Below, piece by piece: positions 53,269-61,227 of a DNA stretch of 61,227 bases. The stretch's first letter is position 1; each line of letters opens with the position of its first letter. The stretch covers positions 1 through 61,227 of the forward strand of contig JBGSIU010000036.1 in the NCBI GenBank assembly GCA_041742375.1, given 5' to 3'. This DNA is from Patescibacteria group bacterium. Lineage in GTDB: Bacteria; Patescibacteriota; Microgenomatia; JBGSIU01. The position numbers and the translations under genes are program-made. Under the pieces are notes generated by a model. The model made no database searches, had not been told where the DNA came from, and saw nothing but the letters and a program-made list of their open reading frames with translations.

Positions 53269-55232
53269 AAGATATAATAGTAAAACAAAAAACCAAGGCA
53301 ATAATTTTATTCTTCCTGATAATTTCCCTGCTTCCTTTTTGGAAATATTTTATAAAAAGAGAAATCCCGTTTAACGGTAATTATCTGGTTTCCACTTATG
53401 AACCGTTTAAAACGGACACAGCTAAAAAATTTCCCAACGGTTTGCCGTCAAAACCATATTTTGACGATCAATTGCGGCAATATTTTCCCTATCTTGAATT
53501 CACGAGGCGAAGCTTTGTTAAAGGTGAATTTCCCGCTTGGAATCCATATCAATTCTCCGGGGTTCCCTTTGCCGCCAATTGGCAAACCGCGATATATTTC
53601 CCAACAAAAATTCTCTTGTTTTTTATGAGCACCGCCGATTATTGGAGTGTCACGCGGATGATCCCGTTTTTTCTCTGTCTGGTTTTTTCTTTTCTGTATT
53701 TCAAAACTTTAAAATTTAAAACCATATCGTCGGTTTTTGGAGGCGTCCTATACGCGTTTTCCGGAACCTTTATCACCTATTCGCAGGAAACCATATACAA
53801 CGATTATATTTTTGCATCTCTTCCTTTGTCTCTCATGGCTCTTGAAAAATATTGGCAGGCAGAACAAAAGCGGTATTTATTTGTTCTGTTTTTTGCGTTG
53901 CTGTTATCCATCTTAGCCGGTTTTATCCAGCAAGCTTTTTATCTTTTTTCTTTCGTTATCCTATATTTTGTCTGCAAGTTATTTGCTCAAAAAGGCGCCG
54001 TGAGAAATAAACAGAAACGAAACATGGCAATTTTTGCCACGATTGCATTATCCGTCATACTTTCTCTTCCTTTTCTTATCCCCGGATTTGAATTCTATAA
54101 TCTCTCGGCAAGAAAATTTGCCGATTATACGCCGCAGATTAAAGAATACCTTTTGCCGTATTATTCTTTTTTCACATTTTTTTTCCCCGACTTTCTTGGA
54201 AATCCCGGAACCAGAAATTGGTTTGGATTTAATATCGGCGCATATGACGAGCGTGCAGTTTGGATTCCGTCGGTGTTTGTGGTTTTTTTCATATATTTTA
54301 TGATTGATTATTTATTTGGTAAGAAAAATGAATCTTTATCCAAATTTTTCCTCGGGAGTTTCATGCTGACACTTGTTTTTATTTTCAGAAATCCAGTTTC
54401 GTATTATATCGTGTCGATGAAAGTTCCGGTTGTGGGAACCGCCATGTTCAATCGGCTGATTTTTCTCAACACATTTTCTCTTGTTTTTTTGACGGTGGTC
54501 GGATTTGAAAAAGTAATCTTTGAACGAATTAAAGTTATTAAAATGTTTTTTGCGTTGACTGTCACCGCGGGAATAATTTTAACCTCTTTTCTCTATGCGA
54601 AATATTTTTCACTGGCGCCGTATTCGGGCGAGTTGTCAAAAAATCTCATTTCTCAAAGAAACATGATCTTTCCGGCCATCTCAATCTTATTCTCGCTCGT
54701 GATCGTTTATTCTTATAAAATTTCGAAAAAACCGCAAATATTATCATTAATCATTGCTCTTGGATTTCTACAAAGCTTATATTTTTTTGACAAATATGTT
54801 CCTTTTTCCGAAAGGAAATATTTTTATCCGGAAAATCCTTTAATAAAATATCTCAAGCGAGAATCGCAAAAAAGCGCATGCCGGGTGTATTTTCTTGATG
54901 AAAATTTGGAATATGTATTTAATGATCTGGCAACTTTTTACGAGATTCCCGTAATTTCGGGTTATGATCCTCTAAATTACAAAAAATACAATGACCTTTT
55001 GTTTTATCTTGAGCATCCGAAAACCGAAGTGAATAACCGGCGCTACGATGCTGGTCTGGCAAATCTGACCATAAATTTTGATGAAAAAATGAAAATGTTC
55101 AAAACCTATGATGTTTGTTTGGTGGTTACCCTTGCCGGTGAAAAAAAACGATACGATCCAGAATTCCCCGATCTTTTTCAGAAAACATATCAATATGAAA
55201 AATTTGAAGTTTGGAAAAGAAGATTATTTTAA
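53265..55232 (+). CDS. YfhO-like polytopic membrane protein (GT-C candidate)
   Basis: DDQLRQYFPYLEFTRRSFVKGEFPAWNPYQFSGVPFAANWQTAIYFP. ATGA overlap with the upstream GT2. Confidence 0.65.
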   Translation: MKDIIVKQKTKAIILFFLIISLLPFWKYFIKREIPFNGNYLVSTYEPFKTDTAKKFPNGLPSKPYFDDQLRQYFPYLEFTRRSFVKGEFPAWNPYQFSGVPFAANWQTAIYFPTKILLFFMSTADYWSVTRMIPFFLCLVFSFLYFKTLKFKTISSVFGGVLYAFSGTFITYSQETIYNDYIFASLPLSLMALEKYWQAEQKRYLFVLFFALLLSILAGFIQQAFYLFSFVILYFVCKLFAQKGAVRNKQKRNMAIFATIALSVILSLPFLIPGFEFYNLSARKFADYTPQIKEYLLPYYSFFTFFFPDFLGNPGTRNWFGFNIGAYDERAVWIPSVFVVFFIYFMIDYLFGKKNESLSKFFLGSFMLTLVFIFRNPVSYYIVSMKVPVVGTAMFNRLIFLNTFSLVFLTVVGFEKVIFERIKVIKMFFALTVTAGIILTSFLYAKYFSLAPYSGELSKNLISQRNMIFPAISILFSLVIVYSYKISKKPQILSLIIALGFLQSLYFFDKYVPFSERKYFYPENPLIKYLKRESQKSACRVYFLDENLEYVFNDLATFYEIPVISGYDPLNYKKYNDLLFYLEHPKTEVNNRRYDAGLANLTINFDEKMKMFKTYDVCLVVTLAGEKKRYDPEFPDLFQKTYQYEKFEVWKRRLF

Positions 55233-56915
55233 AGTTTTTTCTATTAATCCAAGTTTAATAAGCTGTGATAATATTTCTTCTTTCCGCGATTTATCGAAAT
55301 TAAAACTTTGGGCAAGATTAAAATTAATTGTGTCACCGATTTTCCATTTGTACTCATACTTTTTATCCGACTTATCGAGATCAATAAGTCGAAAATAATT
55401 CTTGTCTAAATAGTCAGTGAAGAAATAATTAAAATCATGGGCGATGCCGCCCCAGGGAGCGTAGTCTCTTTGAAAAACAATAACTTTGGCTTTATTTTTT
55501 TCAAAATCACCAATCATTTCGTCTTTGATTTTGGAAGTTGCCGCATGTTGGAGGAACCAATGATAGCGTGAGGGCATTTTTGCATTGAGGTAGAGGATTT
55601 CTTTAAATTCAAAGGGTCCGACCCATGCATAGTCATTTTTATCCGCGATCAGGTTGACAACTGATGCGATCTGGGGGCGATTGTAAATCAGAGGTGCCTC
55701 GCCCATGTATTTCTTATAGAATTTTTGCATGGAATTTAAACCCAAATACGAATAAGCAAAAAGGGAATGAACCAATAAAATAATCAGCATGAACGAAGCG
55801 ATGATTTTTTCCGACAAACGGTTTTCAACGTGATTAATGAAGTTGCGTAAAAAATATATTGCCGTCACGCCGTTAAAAAAAGCAAGCATGGTATAAACGC
55901 TGGACTGGTAGTCCGTTTCGTCAACGCCGACCGGATTACTGCGTGCGCAGGCGAAGGCTAAACAGAAGATAACGAAAATTGCCGCGGAAAATTGTCTTGA
56001 AATAATAAGAAAAATGATTATGGCTAAATTTGAAGCGGTAAGGAGCGGGATAATTGAGTTTGAAGGATTTAGATCTTTTAAAAAGCCCAGCGCCGAAAAA
56101 AAGTTATTGAAGAAGGTCATGGCAATTGTGATGGCATAGCGCATTGGATTCACTGCTTTTCCGATTTCATGTGCGGCGTTGTAAATATAATAATTTTGGT
56201 TATATGTAAAAGCCGCGAAATAATAGTCTCTTAAACTTCCGGTGATAAGCAAAAATATCAAGAAAATGATATATGGCGGCAGCATCATTTTGGCAATAGC
56301 TAAGACAGAGCGGGAAAAAGGGACATGATTTTTGGCGCTTTTTAAGAAGAGATATATCGCAAATAGATTAATACCGATGACTAAATAAATGTATGTCATT
56401 GATGTCCACCAGGCGAAAAATGTAAAAAGATTTGTGATGAATAAATCTTTGGCGTCAAATTTTTCATGCAAAACCAACTTTAGTAAAACCAGCGCATATG
56501 CAGGAATGAGTAAATATGCGGAGAGAGTGTCGGCAAGGAGCATTTGCCACCAGAAGAAGGTGCCGGCGATTGCCACGAAAAAAATAAAAACGAGATAAAA
56601 ATTCAGGTTAATTTTGTTATACGCAAGCCTTCTCTTCAGAACAAAATAACCGCTTATATTTATCAGAAAAAACACGATGGCTAAAATAATTCTGAATTTA
56701 ACAAAATTAATTCCGGAAAAAGGAAGAATAAGAGCTGAGAGAACATATGCCCCCGGTTGATGATGCTGGAACCAATCACGGTATGGAACTTTACCTTGGG
56801 CAATAAATTTCCCGCCGACAATGCTGTCGTATTCATCCGGATATTCTTCATGAAAAGTATTAACAAAAAAAATCGCAAAGATGATTAAGAACGCGATGAA
56901 GAGTGTTTTTTTCAT
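55224..56915 (-). CDS. polytopic GT-C-like membrane protein
   Basis: 563 aa with first loop EEYPDEYDSIVGGKFIAQGKVPYRDWFQHHQP. It overlaps the convergent gene 53265..55232 by 9 nt. Confidence 0.5.
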   Translation of the reverse strand: MKKTLFIAFLIIFAIFFVNTFHEEYPDEYDSIVGGKFIAQGKVPYRDWFQHHQPGAYVLSALILPFSGINFVKFRIILAIVFFLINISGYFVLKRRLAYNKINLNFYLVFIFFVAIAGTFFWWQMLLADTLSAYLLIPAYALVLLKLVLHEKFDAKDLFITNLFTFFAWWTSMTYIYLVIGINLFAIYLFLKSAKNHVPFSRSVLAIAKMMLPPYIIFLIFLLITGSLRDYYFAAFTYNQNYYIYNAAHEIGKAVNPMRYAITIAMTFFNNFFSALGFLKDLNPSNSIIPLLTASNLAIIIFLIISRQFSAAIFVIFCLAFACARSNPVGVDETDYQSSVYTMLAFFNGVTAIYFLRNFINHVENRLSEKIIASFMLIILLVHSLFAYSYLGLNSMQKFYKKYMGEAPLIYNRPQIASVVNLIADKNDYAWVGPFEFKEILYLNAKMPSRYHWFLQHAATSKIKDEMIGDFEKNKAKVIVFQRDYAPWGGIAHDFNYFFTDYLDKNYFRLIDLDKSDKKYEYKWKIGDTINFNLAQSFNFDKSRKEEILSQLIKLGLIEKTLK

Positions 56916-56945
56916 AGGTATAATAATTATACTGCGACATTTACA

Positions 56946-58676
56946 TTAATTGTTAGGTATGATTTTCTCCACCCATTGATCCGTGGCAATTATCAAAGCC
57001 TCTTTTCCGTTCGGGTAATAAATTGATTTGACCGTGTTTAGAGTTCGGACCAAGTTGTGTTTGTTGTCGACGGCTTTTATGATAATCGGTTGAAAATCTT
57101 CCGGCCAGGCGACGATTAATATGTCACCGTTGCCATTAATATCTTTTTGATCGAAAAGGATAAATTCATATTTATCAAAGCTTTCATTGGCGCGAAAGTC
57201 ACCGGATTTTGTACCTTTATCTACGTATAAGTATGTTGCCGGATCATACTTGGAATAGAAAAGCCAATGCATGTATTGCCAGTCGGTCCGGTTATTCGAA
57301 ATCAATACTTTTTTATATTTATTTTTAACCGATTCGGTATATGCAACAGCTTCTTTTTTTCCATAAAACCAGTCTTTCGCATATTCATAATTCAAGTGCA
57401 CATAATACTGGTGCAGATATGCGGAGAAGGCCCAGCAAAAACAAGCAGTCAATAAAAGATAATATGTGCCTCGATATAAATTGGTGCGCCATTTATTCAC
57501 AATCCACGCTCCGGTATAAATAATCCCGATTGCGGTAAACAGTTGCATTAACGGTAGGACAATAAGGGAGCGAACTGACGAAGGGGCCTGCACGACAAGT
57601 GCCGCGGGGACAAAAGATAATAAAAACCAAATGATAATAAATAAATTGTTTCGGCAGCGCAGATATTTTAAATAACAGAAGATGCCAATCAGGGAAAAAA
57701 ACGGTTCAAAAAATAATATCAAACCAAAATCGGGCGCATGATACATTTTGTTTATATCTCCATGAAAGTAAAAATCAGGATTGAAATGCGAGAGGTAGCT
57801 TAAAAGAAATTTTTTGACATCGGTATAATTAAGCATGAGGAAACGGCGATTATGAAAAATTTTTGCGGAATATGAGAGGCCTTCATTGGATTCCCGCAGG
57901 ATCGTGTTTGTTGAATCACTAATTTGTTGCTCCAGATTAAAAATGTTCATGGTGGTAAATCTCATTTGGATTTCTTTCGAACTCCCAAACGGCAAAAAAA
58001 GTAATATAAAAACACCAAAAACCGCAAGGGAGATCAGAGACAATCGTTTTGTCAGTAGTAACTGTTTGTAGTTTGTAAACATGAGAAATATAAGTATTAA
58101 GGGCGAAACAATTTTCGCCGAGTGGTATGTGAACAACGTTAAGCCGAAAAGAAAAAAAGAGACAACCAGCAAATAGTTGTTTTTCCTTAGTCCTCTGAGA
58201 AAACAAAGAATCGCGGCAACATTCAGCATCGTGGCCACATTGGCTTCAAATGCACCTCTTGAAAATTGAAGATGCCAGGGGGAAACTGATAGTAAAAAAG
58301 AAACCAAAATCGCAATTTTTTGTTTTTTGTTTGTATTTCTGAACACTTCACTTATTAAAAAATACGAAAGCAGAATTGTCGCGATGCCGGCAATGGCCGA
58401 AGGTAAGCGGACGGCGAACGCGTTCAAACCAAATGCTTTAATTGAGGTTATGGAAAGATATACGTAGAGAGGCATTTTATAATCATTGGTTGAGCGGAAT
58501 GTCAAAGGCATGGAGGCGCCGAACTGGTCCCGCCCGGTTTTCAAAACAGAATATGCGTCATAACCGATGGCTGCCTCATCGAGATTGACGCTTCCCGGAA
58601 CGGTGCCAAGCTTATAAAATCGCAGCAGTATGGAAAAAATCGCGATCGCCACCAAGATGACTCTAATTTTATTCAT
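56946..58676 (-). CDS. PMT/ArnT-family (GT39-like, PMT_2) polytopic glycosyltransferase
   Basis: LRFYKLGTVPGSVNLDEAAIGYDAYSVLKTGRDQFGASMPLTF. Confidence 0.8.
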   Translation of the reverse strand: MNKIRVILVAIAIFSILLRFYKLGTVPGSVNLDEAAIGYDAYSVLKTGRDQFGASMPLTFRSTNDYKMPLYVYLSITSIKAFGLNAFAVRLPSAIAGIATILLSYFLISEVFRNTNKKQKIAILVSFLLSVSPWHLQFSRGAFEANVATMLNVAAILCFLRGLRKNNYLLVVSFFLFGLTLFTYHSAKIVSPLILIFLMFTNYKQLLLTKRLSLISLAVFGVFILLFLPFGSSKEIQMRFTTMNIFNLEQQISDSTNTILRESNEGLSYSAKIFHNRRFLMLNYTDVKKFLLSYLSHFNPDFYFHGDINKMYHAPDFGLILFFEPFFSLIGIFCYLKYLRCRNNLFIIIWFLLSFVPAALVVQAPSSVRSLIVLPLMQLFTAIGIIYTGAWIVNKWRTNLYRGTYYLLLTACFCWAFSAYLHQYYVHLNYEYAKDWFYGKKEAVAYTESVKNKYKKVLISNNRTDWQYMHWLFYSKYDPATYLYVDKGTKSGDFRANESFDKYEFILFDQKDINGNGDILIVAWPEDFQPIIIKAVDNKHNLVRTLNTVKSIYYPNGKEALIIATDQWVEKIIPNN

Positions 58677-58739
58677 ATTATTTAAACATATTGTATCAAG
58701 AATTTAATCGATGGTGATAAAATCTTAATATACAAGCAA

Positions 58740-60350
58740 ATGAAAATTAAAATCATCATATTCCTAATTATACTCTTATCTCTTTTTCTAAGATTCTATC
58801 GGGGCGATCAAAGTCCGGGTTCTCTTTATTGGGATGAAGTCTCGATTGGATATAACGCGTATTCTGTTCTCCAAACAGGGAAAGACGAGTGGGGGAGAAT
58901 AATTCCATGGTTTTTTGAAGCTTTTGGTGAGTTTAAATTTCCGGCGGCGATATATTTAACGGTGATTCCCATTAAAATTTTTGGCCTCACCGATTTTGCC
59001 GTGCGCTTTCCCAGCGCACTCTTTGGTGGTTTATCGGCTTTGATGATATATTTTTTGGGAATGCAAATTTTTCAAAAGAGAAAAATCGCGCTTCTCTCGG
59101 CTTTTTTGTTTTGCATTTCTCCCTGGAGCATCCAATTTTCAAGAGCCATGTTTGAGTCGAATCTCGCGGTTCTTTTCCTGATTGCGGCGTTGTATTTTTT
59201 ATTTCTGATCCTTAAAAAAAATACTTTCATTCGTGTTTTTTGTTATCTTGCCTCATCTTTCTTTTGCATTTATTCATATGCCACGATGCTGGTTGTTCTT
59301 CCACTGCTTACAGTTTTGACTGTTTTTGTATTTACTCCACATAAAATCACGGAAAAGATTAAAAGAACATTCCTGCTATCGATAATTATTCTTCCGTTAT
59401 ATATCCCTTTCGTGCTGCATGTTCAACAGGATTCGTATTTGAGGTTTAATCAGGTTTCAATTTTTTCACAAAATCCCGTTCTTGAAAAGGTAATCAATCT
59501 CCGAGCACAATACGGCGGGATAAGTAAGATTATTTTAAATCAATACTCGGCCGCTTTGATTAATTTCGGAAAAAATTTTATCGATCACATTAATCCTCAA
59601 TTTTTGTGGCCCGGAAAAGATGGTAATCCGCGTCATTACAATGGTTTTGGTCTGATATATCCAATCGAATTCATTTTTTTGCTGGCGGGGACCATATTCC
59701 CGTTCTTATCAAAAAGAAAAATTGCGGTATATTTGATTATTTTTTTTATGATTCCTCTTGCCGTGAGTTCTTTCACTAAGGATTCTCCGCACGCCCTGCG
59801 ATCGCTGAGCTGTGTTATTCCTGTAAGCTTAATTGCGGCCGAGAGGATTTCTTTCTTGTTAAAAAAGAAAATAACGAAAATTTTGACAATTTTTGCCTAC
59901 CTGATTCTCATAAATTTTTATCTTGTGAAATATTATGACAATTCACGTCAAACATTTTCCGCTTGGGGAATGGAAAATAAACTGATGATGCAGGAGGCAA
60001 AAAAAATAAACTTAAAAAATAAAACCGTATATTTCACGGGAGATTATTGGCGGCCGTATATTTATTATTATTTTTATTATAAAATTGATCCGTCGTTTGT
60101 CATGAGAAATAATAATTCCACGAGAATCGGAAATGTCTGGTTTGGTTATGCCAAATGGGATAAGGCCGACAGAAGATATGATTTTAATTTTAAACCGGAA
60201 AATTTATTTTCAAAAAAGAATCCGGTTCTATTTTTATCCGCGAGCGAAAAAACATTTTTTTCAAAACAACTCACTCAGAATAACATATGTCTAGACCGCG
60301 ATTATTATTTTAATGATCGCTATCTGTTTTCAATATATGAAAAAAAATAA
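58740..60350 (+). CDS. PMT/ArnT-family (GT39-like, PMT_2) polytopic glycosyltransferase
   Basis: LRFYRGDQSPGSLYWDEVSIGYNAYSVLQTGKDEWGRIIPWFFEAFGEFK. Confidence 0.8.
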   Translation: MKIKIIIFLIILLSLFLRFYRGDQSPGSLYWDEVSIGYNAYSVLQTGKDEWGRIIPWFFEAFGEFKFPAAIYLTVIPIKIFGLTDFAVRFPSALFGGLSALMIYFLGMQIFQKRKIALLSAFLFCISPWSIQFSRAMFESNLAVLFLIAALYFLFLILKKNTFIRVFCYLASSFFCIYSYATMLVVLPLLTVLTVFVFTPHKITEKIKRTFLLSIIILPLYIPFVLHVQQDSYLRFNQVSIFSQNPVLEKVINLRAQYGGISKIILNQYSAALINFGKNFIDHINPQFLWPGKDGNPRHYNGFGLIYPIEFIFLLAGTIFPFLSKRKIAVYLIIFFMIPLAVSSFTKDSPHALRSLSCVIPVSLIAAERISFLLKKKITKILTIFAYLILINFYLVKYYDNSRQTFSAWGMENKLMMQEAKKINLKNKTVYFTGDYWRPYIYYYFYYKIDPSFVMRNNNSTRIGNVWFGYAKWDKADRRYDFNFKPENLFSKKNPVLFLSASEKTFFSKQLTQNNICLDRDYYFNDRYLFSIYEKK

Positions 60351-61227
60351 AAATTACCCTGTTCTAATAATTGCCTTATTATTATTTGGATTTGCGGCGC
60401 GGGTTTTCCGCATTAATGAAAGATTAATTTTCTTTTATGATCAGGCATGGATTTCACAAAAAATATACGATCTGGTACTGAAACATGATTTCAAACTTGT
60501 CGGCTTTGCAACGGATTTGCCGGGGGTGTTCAGCGGCCCGCTTTTATTTTACCTTTTTGCGCCGATTTACTATCTGTCGCATTTTAATGTCGTTGCGCCG
60601 GCGATTTTTTGCATTTTGGCAAATTTACTTTGCGGCATTTTGCTGTTTGAATTCTGCCGTGTGCTTTTTAAGAATAAAAAAATCAGTCTGTTGGCGCTTT
60701 TGTTTTGGACGGTTTCCTTTGCCGAGCTTAATTTTTCCAAGCTCATAGGGATTTGTAGTTTTGTCCCCGTTTTTGTCACGCTGTTTTATTTAGGTTTAGC
60801 CATGTACATTTTTCAAAAAAAGGAAAAGGGGTTAATGCTAAGCGCCGTGGGCTATGCCTTGGCGTTCCAACTGAATCCTTATCTAATTTATCTGGGGATT
60901 TTTTATCCGATTTTATATTCTATCCATCATGTCAAGGTGAAATGGCGGACAATTGCAATCAGTGCGGCCGTCTTTATCGCCCTCTCGATTAATTACTACC
61001 TTGCCGAGATAAAATGGAATTTTTCAGGAACAAAAAGTTTGCTTAAATATTTAGTCGGACAGACGGGCTCAAGTCCGGTGGCCGACAATATGGCCGCGTA
61101 TCTGCAAAAAATGACGGAAAGCGTCTATTATTCATTTTTTTCTTTTAATATGTTCTTCGCTTTTTTGATTTTTGTTTTACTTCTCATATATGTTTTTAAA
61201 ACATGCAAGCAGAAAAAAGAAATGATA
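60337..61227 (+). CDS. partial (3'-truncated by the window edge) polytopic GT-C-like membrane protein; not in the ORF track
   Basis: My own translation from ATG 60337 runs for 297 codons with no stop to the last base: MKKNKNYPVLIIALLLFGFAARVFRINERLIFFYDQAWISQKIYDLVLKHDFKLVGF... It resembles the N-terminus of 32277..33755 and overlaps the previous gene by 14 nt. Confidence 0.55.
   Translation, partial: MKKNKNYPVLIIALLLFGFAARVFRINERLIFFYDQAWISQKIYDLVLKHDFKLVGFATDLPGVFSGPLLFYLFAPIYYLSHFNVVAPAIFCILANLLCGILLFEFCRVLFKNKKISLLALLFWTVSFAELNFSKLIGICSFVPVFVTLFYLGLAMYIFQKKEKGLMLSAVGYALAFQLNPYLIYLGIFYPILYSIHHVKVKWRTIAISAAVFIALSINYYLAEIKWNFSGTKSLLKYLVGQTGSSPVADNMAAYLQKMTESVYYSFFSFNMFFAFLIFVLLLIYVFKTCKQKKEMI

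Noticed and set aside
1-61227. tRNA, rRNA, tmRNA, RNase P, SRP RNA, IS/transposase, integrase or prophage genes.
   Set aside because: I scanned the spacers and short ORFs by eye. I saw no T-loop or anticodon-arm architecture, no conserved ncRNA strings that I recognise, and no DDE, tyrosine or serine recombinase motifs. A cmscan or tRNAscan run would be needed to be certain.

Overview
This is an AT-rich, tightly packed bacterial window that reads cleanly with the standard code: ORFs are long and uninterrupted, and an RF2 gene is present. Short housekeeping proteins, many TTG/GTG starts, ATGA stop/start overlaps and no recognisable LPS or outer-membrane genes suggest a small-genome uncultured lineage such as CPR/Patescibacteria, but that is inference only. 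The layout has four parts. (i) 0.1-19.5 kb is housekeeping: secF-secD (minus strand), rdgB, serS, a spermidine-synthase-like methyltransferase, a cupin, secA, a GxxExxY protein, def, a PRTase, dinB, rarA, a SurA-like protein, an exported beta-helix membrane protein, prfB, and ftsE-ftsX followed by a coiled-coil hydrolase. (ii) 19.5-23.8 kb encodes secreted or anchored surface proteins with Pro/Thr linkers, plus a CAP-domain protein. (iii) From 23.9 kb to the window edge lies a ~37 kb glycosylation island. It holds NDP-sugar genes (rmlA/C-like/B/D, ugd, UDP-GlcA decarboxylase, a Gmd/Rmd-like SDR), six GT2s (three look like polyprenyl-phosphate-sugar synthases, one of them fused to GtrA), one GT4, one Wzx flippase and 14 large polytopic GT-C-like membrane proteins (PMT/ArnT-like, YfhO-like, DUF2029-like). 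No initiating phosphoglycosyl transferase, Wzy, Wzz or ligase was recognised. This island is my best candidate for an undescribed system. (iv) Two classes of small structured repeats are superimposed on the whole window. The first is GC-rich hairpin elements, in a GTCATTCC...GGAATC family and a GTAGGGGCGGG...CCCCTAC family. They sit in intercistronic spacers and are also inserted in-frame into at least six coding positions. The second is long AT-rich hairpins whose arms are tandem heptamer-like repeats and which typically span from the upstream stop codon to the downstream start codon. I recognised no rRNA, tRNA, CRISPR, transposase, integrase or phage genes. All homology calls come from motif recognition by eye, not from searches.
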